A stretch of 63,616 bases of DNA, counting the filler, from Octopus bimaculoides (lineage: Eukaryota), in the NCBI RefSeq assembly GCF_001194135.2. It is 4 parts of 3 records of this genome, joined end to end, with 100 filler letters (N's around TTAATTAATTAA, not from the genome) between each part and the next. Parts side by side here need not be neighbours in the genome. Positions count along the whole stretch, not along the records: positions 1 to 24,492 come from NC_068987.1; 3 more parts are not named here. One strand, written 5' to 3'. Position 1 is the stretch's first letter, and every line of letters begins with the position of its first letter. The notes beneath the pieces were generated by a model. That model searched no databases. It was not told the DNA's origin and was given only the letters and a program-made list of their open reading frames with translations. A program made the position numbers and the translations under genes. This document shows, in pieces, positions 1-10,574 of this stretch.

Positions 1-45
1 ACACATACATACATCCACACAAACATATATATATATATATATATA

Positions 46-107
46 CTCTTTTACTCTTTTACTTGTTTCAGTCATTTGACTGCGGCCATGCTGGAGCACC
101 ACCTTTT
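46..107 (-). mobile_element. SINE family A, 3' tail fragment
   Basis: Reverse complement reads TAAAAGGTGGTGCTCCAGCATGGCCGCAGTCAAATGACTGAAACAAGTAAAAGAG, matching the tail of the intact copy at 58805-59212. Confidence 0.85.
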
Positions 108-859
108 ATATATATATATATATATATATATAATGGTGTTTCGGATGAAGATGGTGTTCTTATTATATCTTGTTCCTTAGTGCTAATATTGGTTGTGGCC
201 GTAGTAGTGGTGATTAATAATATAATATATTTCGTTGATGATGACGGTAATGTTGTTGTTCCACTTCTCGGCCAATCACCGATTCGCATTGTTTCTATTT
301 AACTCCGCCTATTAATGTTTGAACATTTATTTTCTTAATTTATTCACGCTACAGTCCCTCTCTCCTTCATACATTCTTTTGCTCTTTCGGATTATTTAAT
401 CGGTCTATTTAATTGTCTTTCTCTTATTCCCCCCCTCTCTCATGTAATACGCTTCTCCCATATCTCTCGTATTTCTGTCTCTTTCTGTGTCTCTCTCTTG
501 GATACTTTTTCTACGTCTTTCTCTGCGTATTCTTCTTACTCTCTTTATCCTATACATGTCTTGCTTTCTGTTTTCTCTTTAATTTTTTTAATGTCTCTTT
601 TATAGCGTTCTTCCCCGTCCCCGTGTCTGTCTTGCTTACTTTCTTCTCTGTCTCTGTTGTTCATCTCCCTCACCTCCGCTGTCATTTCCAATTAGTCTCA
701 ATTCATACCCCCTTTCTCCTCTAATATCTCCCCCCTCCTCCATTACTCTGGTTTCTGGCGTGATATTTTTATTAACACCTGTTTCTTTGACCCGGTTTAC
801 TCTCTCTTTAACCCGAGTCTCTCCCTTCCTTATTCTACCGATTAGCTTTACTTACCGGA

Positions 860-960
860 GTGACAGAAACCTCTTTGTAGTCGCTCGACCTGCTAGAAGT
901 AGCCAAATTCTTTACCATCTTAAAATCAGAAAACCTTGCTTGCATAATGTAATCCTAGTC
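860..960 (+). repeat. Interspersed repeat family C fragment
   Basis: Contains GCTCGACCTGCTAGAA..AGCCAAAT, a motif shared with copies at 10575-11870, 14835-14960, 15755-15860, 16015-16270 and 49295-49410. Confidence 0.55.
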
Positions 961-994
961 ATCAAATTAATTAGATAGGGAAGTGTTTAACATT

Positions 995-1085
995 TTTATT
1001 AAGACGAATCCCATAAAATCAGTTGATTGATGCGACTGGTGAAAACACGACTTGTTTCAGTGTTATTAGACTCCTTCAGCGAATA
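995..1085 (-). repeat. Interspersed repeat family E ending in a decayed hammerhead-like motif
   Basis: AAGACGAATCCCATAAAATCAGTTGAT resembles 14568-14595. The minus strand at 1046-1083 reads CTGAAGG-AGTCT-AATA-ACACT-GAAA-CAAG-TC. Confidence 0.5.
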
Positions 1086-1594
1086 ATTTTAAACAGCTAA
1101 GACTTTAGGGGTGTCCAACACACACACATTTAAAGGAATAATATGGCTGAGAGAAATAACATAAGGACATTCTTCTATTTTAGTATTAAAATATAAATAT
1201 ATGGTCTCGCGTAATATTAGTAAGCTGCTGCTGCTGTTACTACTACTACTTGACTTGTCTTAACCTCAACCCCAACCATAACAAGTTAATTTTCTTGCCC
1301 ATGTTCTGTCTGTTCAGTCGACGTTTTTTTTTTTCATGCTTGCTCTTTTCACTGATTTTGGGATGAAATAACAAATCAGTGAAAGGATAAATACAACTTC
1401 TAGGAGCTGACTAAATGGAAATCATAGAAATACTAAACAGCGGTGGGATGAGTGTAATGCAAGATAAACTTAGGAGCGTGTTTTTAGTAAACACGTATAT
1501 TTCTGTCTGTATTTACTCACCATGTATGTATGTATGTATGTATGTACTCACTATGTATTTATTTATTTATTTATTAGGCTGAAAATTTCACAAA

Positions 1595-1672
1595 CTGTTA
1601 ATCAGAGTTCCTAGTAAGCAATCATCAGACACTTCTGTCTGATGATCAGTTATATGAAACTCAGAATAACAG
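1595..1672. ncRNA. Palindrome of two back-to-back decayed hammerhead ribozyme motifs
   Basis: Plus arm: CTGT-CTGATGA-TCAGTTATAT-GAAA-CTCAGAA-TA-ACAG (1635-1672). Minus arm: GTGT-CTGATGA-TTGCTTACTA-GGAA-CTCTGAT-TA-ACAG (1632-1595). Spacing is identical in both arms; stem II is broken in both. Confidence 0.5.
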
Positions 1673-2012
1673 GTTAAGTTTATCAGCTCCAACGAAACAA
1701 TATTTTACTTTACTTTTGGTTTGGGGATTACTAGTTTTTCCTGCCTTGCTTTGCACCCATGTTCTCACACACACATGTGTGTGTGGGTCCCTCTCTTTAA
1801 GTTATTACGGGAGCAGATTCTGTCTGAAGAAAGTGTGGTGAACTATCAGCTATCATCACTAGAACTAATCAAATTGGACCTTTCTTAGGAATTCAACAAC
1901 ATTCATTGTTGAGGATATTTAGTAATATGAAGAAGGATTGATGCAATGTAACAATCCCCTACTATTCTTGAGCTGGGAAGTTGGAATATAAATAAAACTT
2001 TTTTTGTATCAG

Positions 2013-2086
2013 TCCTGACATTAGATGAGATTACACTAGTTGCAGTGAATAACAATTGGGTCAAGCTAAATGCTACAACCAAAGAA
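2013..2086 (+). CDS. Candidate isolated coding exon of an unidentified host gene
   Basis: Acceptor TTTTTTTGTATCAG and donor GAA|GTATGT flank a 74-nt stop-free segment encoding (V)LTLDEITLVAVNNNWVKLNATTKE. No homolog recognised. Confidence 0.3.
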
Positions 2087-2886
2087 GTATGTATATATAT
2101 ATATATNNNNNNNNNNNNNNNNNNNNNNNNNNNNNNNNNNNNNNNNNNNNNNNNNNNNNNNNNNNNNNNNNNNNNNNNNNNNNNNNNNNNNNNNNNNNNN
2201 NNNNNNNNNNNNNNNNNNNNNNNNNNNNNNNNNNNNNNNNNNNNNNNNNNNNNNNNNNNNNNNNNNNNNNNNNNNNNNNNNNNNNNNNNNNNNNNNNNNN
2301 NNNNNNNNNNNNNNNNNNNNNNNNNNNNNNNNNNNNNNNNNNNNNNNNNNNNNNNNNNNNNNNNNNNNNNNNNNNNNNNNNNNNNNNNNNNNNNNNNNNN
2401 NNNNNNNNNNNNNNNNNNNNNNNNNNNNNNNNNNNNNNNNNNNNNNNNNNNNNNNNNNNNNNNNNNNNNNNNNNNNNNNNNNNNNNNNNNNNNNNNNNNN
2501 NNNNNNNNNNNNNNNNNNNNNNNNNNNNNNNNNNNNNNNNNNNNNNNNNNNNNNNNNNNNNNNNNNNNNNNNNNNNNNNNNNNNNNNNNNNNNNNNNNNN
2601 NNNNNNNNNNNNNNNNNNNNNNNNNNNNNNNNNNNNNNNNNNNNNNNNNNNNNNNNNNNNNNNNNNNNNNNNNNNNNNNNNNNNNNNNNNNNNNNNNNNN
2701 NNNNNNNNNNNNNNNNNNNNNNNNNNNNNNNNNNNNNNNNNNNNNNNNNNNNNNNNNNNNNNNNNNNNNNNNNNNNNNNNNNNNNNNNNNNNNNNNNNNN
2801 NNNNNNNNNNNNNNNNNNNNNNNNNNNNNNNNNNNNNNNNNNNNNNNNNNNNNNNNNNNNNNNNNNNNNNNNNNNNNNNNNNNNNN

Positions 2887-2925
<39 letters not shown>

Positions 2926-2927
<2 letters not shown>

Positions 2928-3082
2928 CTTTGAGTTTCTGTCGACCAAATCCACTCACAAGACTTTTGCCAGCCCGAGGCTATAGTAGAAGACACTTGTG
3001 CAAGGTGTCACACAGTGGGACTGAACCTGGAACCATATGGTTGGAAAGCAAGCTTCTTACCACACAGCTGCACTTGCTCCTA
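2926..3082 (-). mobile_element. SINE family A, tRNA-derived 5' head
   Basis: Reverse complement has A box (GTGTGGTAAG), B box (GGTTCAGTCCC) and ACCTTGCACAAGTGTCTTC; it is followed by the internal (CA)n tract and a gap. Confidence 0.85.
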
Positions 3083-4282
3083 TATCTACAAGAATTATTA
3101 GAATAAAACAGCATACATGGAATAGTGATTGTGTTTGTTAAAAGTTTTCACTACTTAAAATATTTTAGTGACTTGAAAATCATTTCATGGTTATTGAAGA
3201 TTCATGGTTATTGAAGACAGAATAAATGGTAAAAGTGAGAAAACTTTATCACAAAACTGACCGACAGAATGCTGTCTTACTCCCAAAGTTCTCTTTGTGA
3301 GTTCAATGTTCCAACTTGTTATAACATTTAGTCAAGCTTCTAGAACCCTCAGCAGAACTATTTGGTGGGAAGATTCACAAAATTTACTTTCAAGCCTACT
3401 GCTTGTTTGGTTACATTGAATGATATTCACATAGGTGTTAATGTTTTATGGCAAACACAGTCAATTTCTTGTTAGTCTTTGAATTTTATGGCACTATAGT
3501 TTGGTCCTGATCTTAAACTGGGGAGTCTTAGTGAAATAGTTCAAAACTTGGCAAAAGCTTTGCTTTAACTATTATTTGGCTGCTAAATCTAGAGTTTCTC
3601 TTACAGGCTTATGGAATTGTACATATAGCTGAGAGAATTACCCCTGTAAATGATATTTTTAGTAGAGATAATGATAGACAATCACTAAATGAGTGTCACT
3701 TAGGGAGAAGCCATTGGGTTACATAAGAACAATAAATGGCAATTCTATTTGTTCACTGTTCCAGCATTTTCTTCAGATACACTAGCTAGAAGTTGAAAAA
3801 TTTGATGTCATAAATACTTTTACTTAATGTAACTGAGGAGCATTGTAGTTTAAGTGGTTAAGTTCCAAGTGAGATGATTCTGCGATAGAAGTTTGATACC
3901 TGGTTGTATTATTTCTCTTTTTGTGAATGTTCGTGGAATAATCATGAATGTTACAAATCCCCCTCTTCCTGAAGTTTATAGAGTTGATTGCTTGTTGATA
4001 GATACCCCTGGTCAAGAAAGGTCAATATAGTAGCGATTGTTTTATATAACAGCTACAGAAGCAGTTCTGATGGGGAGGAGGAATACTGAATTGGTCCAAC
4101 ATAATGTAAAAAAACACAAATTAAAGATCAAATTCTATAATTGAAATATGTTATCCTCCACCTCTATATATGTATATACATATACATACATATATCATGT
4201 AGTTGCAGTATGGTTGAATAGTTAAGAAATTCTCTTTGTAGCTCAGATTCTATAATTGAAATATGTTACTCCACCTCTATAT

Positions 4283-4643
4283 CATCATCATCATCATCGT
4301 TTAACGTCTGCTTTCCATGCTAGCATGGGTTGGACGATTTGACTGAGGACTGGTGAACCAGATGGCTACACCAGGCTCCAATCTGATTTGGCAGTGTTTC
4401 TACTGCTGGATGCTCTTCCTAACACCAACCACTCCGAGAGTGTAGTTGGTGCTTTTACGTGCCACCGGCACGAAGGTCAGTCAGGTGGTACTGGCAACGG
4501 CCACTCTCAAAATGGTGTATTTTATGTGCCACCTGCACAGGAGCCAGTCCAGCGGCACTGACAACAATCTCGCTCAAATGTCTTTACATGTGCCACCGGC
4601 ACAAATGCCAGGAAGGAGACGCTGGGCACAGGTGCCATCACGA
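4283..4643 (-). mobile_element. RTE-clade LINE, 3' UTR fragment with (GAT)n tail
   Basis: Homologous to the 3' end of the RTE copy at 22630-22890 (CGTCCAACCCATGCTAGCATGGAAAGCAGACGTTAAACGATGATGATG). Confidence 0.85.
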
Positions 4644-4677
4644 TATATATACATATACATACATACATATATCATCT

Positions 4678-4880
4678 AGTTACAGTATGGTTGAATGGTT
4701 AAGAAATTCTCTTTGTAGTTACAATGTACCAAGTTCAATCCTATTGTCTGGCATCATGGGCAAATCTAGTTTTCTAAAGCCTTGAGTCAATCCATATTTT
4801 GTGAATGAAATTGAATAGATGGAAGCTGTATAGAAGCCCATTGTATAGAGTTACCTCTAATTCAAAAGTACAGCCTTGTC
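4678..4880 (+). mobile_element. Decayed SINE family A copy
   Basis: Contains a tRNA-like head (TGGTTGAATGGTTAAG ... AGTTCAATCC), GGCATCATGGGCAAATC and ATGGAAGCTGTATAGAAGCCC. Confidence 0.55.
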
Positions 4881-5314
4881 AGACATTGTGTCTTCTTGAG
4901 AATTATGTTAAGGGGTCTCGTATCTGTGGGATGCCCAACCACTTAGACTTTAATTCAGGAGCAAGGGATTCAGTTGATAAAACAATTGAAACCCTATTGA
5001 ATCCAATAGAGGTCAATACACACACACACACGTGCCTGTGCATGTGTGTATAATTATATGGGTATCTCAAATCTCACAAATACATGAAATTAGAAGATCA
5101 ACATTTATTTAGAAAACTTTTTGGGAACCAATGCCTTTTTGTAAATTAAGGAACAAAAAGAGACTTCAATAGAAAACAAAAAACAAATTAGCATCTCTAT
5201 TCATCTCTATTCTAAACCAGATGACTTCACTTTCACTAAGGCAGACATCTTAGTCAACTTCCTGCTTTCCACATGTCCTCAAATCTTTATTTGTGGTGGG
5301 TCAAAGAAACAAAG

Positions 5315-5850
5315 GAAGAAGTACCAGTTGAATACTGGGGTTAATGTAATTGACTCATCCCTTCTATCAAAATTGCTGCCCTTGTGGCAAAATTTGAAAC
5401 CATTATTATTATTATTAAGGCTGCAAGCTGGCAGAATCATAAGCATGCTGGACAAAATGTTTAGCAGCATTTCATCTGTTTTCATGTTCTGAGTTCAAAT
5501 TCCACCAGGGCTGTCTTTGCCTCTCATCCTTTTGGAATTGATAAATTAAGTACCAGTGAAACACTGGCGTCAATGTAATTGACTAGTCCCCTCCCCCAAA
5601 ATTTCAGGCCCTTTGCCTTTAGGAGAAAGGATTATTATTATTAAGAAGGCATAATTGTTAGTACGCTAGGCAAAATGCTTAGTGCTATTTCGTCTGTCTT
5701 TATGGTCTGAGCTCAGATTTTGCTGAGGTCAACTTTGCTTTTCATCCTTTCGGAGTTGATAAAGTAAGTACCAGTTGAGTACTGAGGTCAATGTAATCGA
5801 CTTTCCCCCTCCCCTAAAATTGCTGGCCTTGTGCCAACATTTGAAATTAT
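5315..5850 (+). mobile_element. Head-to-tail array of about 2.5 decayed SINE family B copies
   Basis: Repeated GTTCTGAGTTCAAATTCC..G.GG..CTTTGC.TTTCATCCTTT.GG.GTTGATAAA..AAGTACCAGT separated by (ATT)n tails. Confidence 0.8.
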
Positions 5851-6771
5851 TAATGATAATAATAATTTCTCCAAAAATGGACATGATTTTTGTAACTTAG
5901 AATGAAAAACAACATCTAAATTTTTTTAAAAAGAATCAGATCTGATGTGACAAAGCATTCCATGGAATAAACAGTCTCAAGAACGACTTTTCAAGAGTGA
6001 TTATTCAATTGAATCAACTCCAGTTCATGCATTGACTGCCAGTCATATATTGGCTCTTGATGATGAAAGGCAAAGTTGATTCTGATAGTAACATAAAGGA
6101 ATGTAACTAAATACCAATAATCAATAACACTAAAAGTAATAATCATGAGCCAGGTCAAGAGATTACATAGAGCCTTGTTGAAGTCTCATCCTGATTGAGC
6201 GAAAGCAAATAAAATACTCAGGTGAAACAAAAAGGGGGAAAAAAAAAAAATTGTATGCTTGAGCAAAGATTTAAAACTGATGTCAAATTTCCATGGGATT
6301 ATCATTAGAGTTGTTGATATGGAGGAGTATGCCTCTTGAAATCATGTATAATAATCATTACACCTAATCATTTATGAAGTGATTTGGGTTTTAGACCCAT
6401 CAGGTTGTTATGTAAAAAGATTGAAAAAATGAACAAGACAATCTGGATGAAAAACAATAGATAAGTTAATTTAACATTTTTAATGCATGGTGCATTGAGC
6501 TAACTTGGCAGTGAGTGTGGGGGAAAAATATTAGTCAATGGCTGTTATCATTATTTTTAGGCAAGTATGAGGAAGCAACTCTCTTTGTTTTTTGGTCTTA
6601 TTCTAATCTCATCAGCAAAGCTTAGACTACTTTTTTTTTTCTTGAATTATTTTTAGGTAGTTTCTTAGTGTATTGGAGTGATTTGATTAATTAATTAAAC
6701 CTTTTAATTACAGTGCTCTAGTGTGGCTGTAGTCAAGTGACTGAAACCAATAAAAATATATTTCAAAGTTA

Positions 6772-6804
<33 letters not shown>

Positions 6805-6808
<4 letters not shown>

Positions 6809-6985
6809 TCTACTGAAGGCACAAAGCCTGAAATTTGGTGGGAGAGGATTAGTCGATTACATCAACTCTAATGTTTCACTGGTACTTAATTTATCAACCC
6901 TGAAAGGATGAAAGGCAAAGCTGGAAGAAATGCTGCAACGCATTTTGTCCACATGCTAACAAGTCTGCCAACTCACCACCTATAC
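6805..6985 (-). mobile_element. SINE family B copy
   Basis: Contains ACTGGTACTTAATTTATCAACCCTGAAAGGATGAAAGGCAAAG (reverse of the family B core); an (AAT)n tail lies at 6770-6804. Confidence 0.8.
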
Positions 6986-7229
6986 AACAACAGCTACAAT
7001 AATAATAATATTAGGGCAAAGAAAATGTGTTCACTATTGAAGAATTTATCAGAAATGGAACACTATGCTTTACTTTAGTATATCAGAGAAGAAAACTATT
7101 TTTACGATTATATATCTTTGAAAAATACACACAACCAAGCCTTATCTTTTTCTTAGTTTGCATCTGCCTGCTAGGTTTTGTTGAATTTGCATTCTTTGTA
7201 GGTCAGTAAAATCGTTTGTACAATGAAGC

Positions 7230-8300
7230 AAAATATATTTCCGAATGGTCCACTTGTTGCTTAATTTAATTCCACTACCCTCCTGATTCATAAATATTTT
7301 CCATGGAGTCTTTTATATTAAATTGTTTTCAAAATTCTTCCAATGAAATTGTATTCTCTCTAGTTGTAATTTTAATTGCTTGCACAAATGTTCTTCAAAA
7401 AAAATAATAAACCTTTGGAGTAGCAATTTCTCTTTTGTTCATATATATGACCTTCACATTTTCACATGGGTTACTACGTGCAGCTATTTAAACAAGAGTG
7501 GTGGCAAAAGAAGGCCATTTATCTTGCATTACTTTTCTACAGCCGAGCAGAAATAGATCGACAAACTAATCTTTAAAATGTATTATTCACTCATGCTTTT
7601 CTTTTAGCATATGAAAATACAGGTAGAGGGGATTCTGTGTCAGTTGTATATTTATGGGTTTCAATGTGAAAGTTATCTCTAAAGTGGGGAGCAGACAGAA
7701 TTGTTAGCCCACTAGGCAAAATGCTCATCTTTATGTTCTGAGTTCAAATTCTGCTGAGGTCATCTTTGCCGTTCATCCTTATAAAAATAAAAATGATCTC
7801 TTTCAACATTTTAAAAATCCATTTGAATTTATTTTTCCCTGTCACATAGAAGACTTTTGAAGGCATTCTTTCCTAGAATATCAACATTGGATATTTGTAC
7901 ACTATATTTTTAAATATTGGGATATCATTCTGGTGTATTTTTGTTGGTACTTGTAGCCTCCGCTGCCATATGAATACCGAATTCTTGTAAGATTTTTTAG
8001 TCTCTCAAATCAATCAGAGCTAGCTGTAATACTTTTATGCAGTTCTTACTAGAAAATAATTTTCTTTAATTATAGAAAAGCTTTCAATTTTATAGCCATA
8101 GTGCTGAGGAAATTTGATTTCGGTTGCAAGCTTCCATCCACAAAGACAAAAGAGTTTCCATTTCAATCATGATACTGCTTTTATCCCTTGTTTGTAACAT
8201 TTTAGCATCCAAACTTTTCTTGTCAGTTTTGCCATATTTTAATGATGTTAAAATGCACATTGTATTTTGGCATATAATACCATGGTAGTCAAGACAATTA
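7230..8300 (-). pseudogene. Decayed Tigger/pogo (TIGD-like) DDE transposase, interrupted by a SINE B fragment at ~7690-7790
   Basis: Minus-strand peptides across frameshifts: IEMETLLSLWMEACNRNQI and ASSD*FERLKN (CENP-B HTH); YFCSAVEK*CKINGL, ENVKVIY, TPKVYY..RTFVQAIK and SLEEF*KQFNIKDSMENIYES (DDE_1 C-terminal part). Confidence 0.75.
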
Positions 8301-8879
8301 AAACGGCAGCTATCCACCATACAACAGCTGCTACAGAATATATTGCTAGTTCATTGTCTTAAACATGTGAACAGTTCTTCCCTCTTATGTCTACATAATG
8401 CATAAATATATTTTGTATTTTTCAGGATATGGGGTCAGTTGATTTTTTAACATTCTTTCTTAATTTCAAAATTTTTGGAATCTAGAATTAGTGTATAAAC
8501 TATGTTAATTTGGGACCCAAAGTATTCAAAAGCATGTTAATCAGTGATTTACTGTATCATTTTTTATGAGGATGATGTTTCTGAATTGCTTATTCTATAA
8601 ACAGCTCTATTTTCTTATATCAACCCAAGCTCACACAAAGCTAGTAAGCTATGAAATGTAGTCAATAGGTGATGTGAAATGTTGACTGCAATTCAAACTG
8701 CTTATTCAGTCTTTCAGTAATCTGTTAATACATATGATTTATGTATGGGATACAGCTATATATATATATATATATAAGNNNNNNNNNNNNNNNNNNNNNN
8801 NNNNNNNNNNNNNNNNNNNNNNNNNNNNNNNNNNNNNNNNNNNNNNNNNNNNNNNNNNNNNNNNNNNNNATATATATAC

Positions 8880-9112
8880 CCTTTTTCTTAGCTCTCCTGT
8901 GTGAACTTTCTGTCCGGCAGTCGCCATGATAGATCGCTGACCACAACATTCAAATTTTTTTTTCTGCGTGTTTTTCTCCTTATTCTTTCTGTTGAAGAGT
9001 GTAGCTCGAAACGCTAAAGACTTTCTCTATTCCCAAGCGTTATACTAATACATCCTTTTGTTGTTTACACCACCTGTCCTCGTCTGTTGTTGTTTTTTTC
9101 GTAAATTCTCCC
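8880..9112 (+). mobile_element. Penelope-like terminal repeat fragment carrying a hammerhead relic
   Basis: 8984-9020 reads TCTTT-CTGTTGA-A-GAGT-GTA-GCTC-GAAA-CG-CT-AAAGA. Helices I and II pair, but core positions A6 and U16.1 deviate. Confidence 0.5.
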
Positions 9113-9114
9113 AC

Positions 9115-9147
<33 letters not shown>

Positions 9148-10574
9148 TACACACATTTAGTGAACACAGTATACCTTCCAAGTAACAGAATAAAATAAAG
9201 AACTAGAACTTAGAGGAGTAAACTAGTCAGGACTATAGGCCCTGGCCAACAAACCTACTCACTACACTTTCTGATCTGGCCTAACTCCAACTACTACATA
9301 ATTTTGTAAATTTACTTAGTTTTACTTTCCTCACTATTTCAAGTACAGTAAAATTACGAGGTCAGAATAAGGCAAAATCACGTCCAGAGTTGTTTCCCAT
9401 AATTGCTGAAACATTGTAGACATTGACTACTGTTGCTTTTCCATTGCTGCAGAATTATTTTTCTTGTTAACTTTCTAATGTGCCTTGGATGAAATATGTT
9501 AACACTAACATATCTAATGATATACAATGACAAGATAGATTGGTAACCTACATATAATTAATGTGGTTAGCATTCTAATAGCCAACATTTTTGAGAGAAG
9601 ACTGAGCAAGAGAAATGCCGAATGAAAATTCTCTGCTACTCTACCATCTTCTCTCCATACCCGCTGCATCAACCATTTTCTCTCTACATTCCATTAGCCT
9701 ACATTTCCTCTGCCTCGTCGCGATACTGCTGCCAAAGTCGATAGTTTGCTTTTCAGTTTGGTTGAATTTTGGCTTGCTTCTACCAATATAAGCTCTTCAG
9801 TTTGGTTATGGTAAAGCAGCAGATGACATATTATCCCGCTCTCTTTTCTCCTCTTTCCATTTCTTTCTTTCTCCCTTTTCTTTGACATCTCTCTTCCTTC
9901 CTCTCTCTCTCTCTCTTGTCTTTTGTCTCTCCTATTTCGTTTCTCTCCTACCCATTCTCTCACACTCAGTCTTTCATTTTATCTCTCTTTCTACAATACA
10001 GTCTATTTGGTTTATCCTTCCTGTCTTTCCTTTTGTTTTCATTACTCTTTCACTTTCTTTTCTCTGTTTTTTTAATTTTTATTTCCCACTTTAATATATA
10101 TCTACTTGTTTTCTTCTCTTTCTCTCTACATTATCTTTTCTTTTCTCTCAATCTCTTTCCTTTTTCCAATGTTAACTCTTCAGTTTGGCGTGAAAAAGCA
10201 GCAGACGACATCTTATTTTTTCTCTCTTCTATCTCTCACCCCTTTTTCCTTTCTTATGTTCCCTCATCTTAATTCCCTCTAGCTTTTACTTTCTTACACC
10301 CTTCTCTTATCATCCTAGCTCTTTCTCCCACTCCTCCTCCTACTTTGTATTTCATTCTACTACTATCACTGCCCTCATCTCCACAGTAGCAGATGACAAC
10401 CTCTTCTCGCCCTCTGCATCTTCATGTTATCTCCTTGGTAGTGTTTCAGAAAAGCAGACGACAATATCTTCTCTTTTGTCATCTCTATCATCATCCACCA
10501 TAACATCTGAGTATTTTGTTGTACTCAAGCCACCACCAGCATTGTTACCATCTACCACCATCTTCCTGAATCAG

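Noticed and set aside
1903-3106. Long ORFs spanning N runs (also near 22000, 30000, 33100, 54400 and 58400)
   Set aside because: They are read-throughs of gaps and microsatellites, not genes.
4959-5011. Possible exon GARDSVDKTIETLLNPIE
   Set aside because: The donor is weak (GTCAAT) and the segment contains the TTCAGTTGAT.AAAAC motif of repeat family E.
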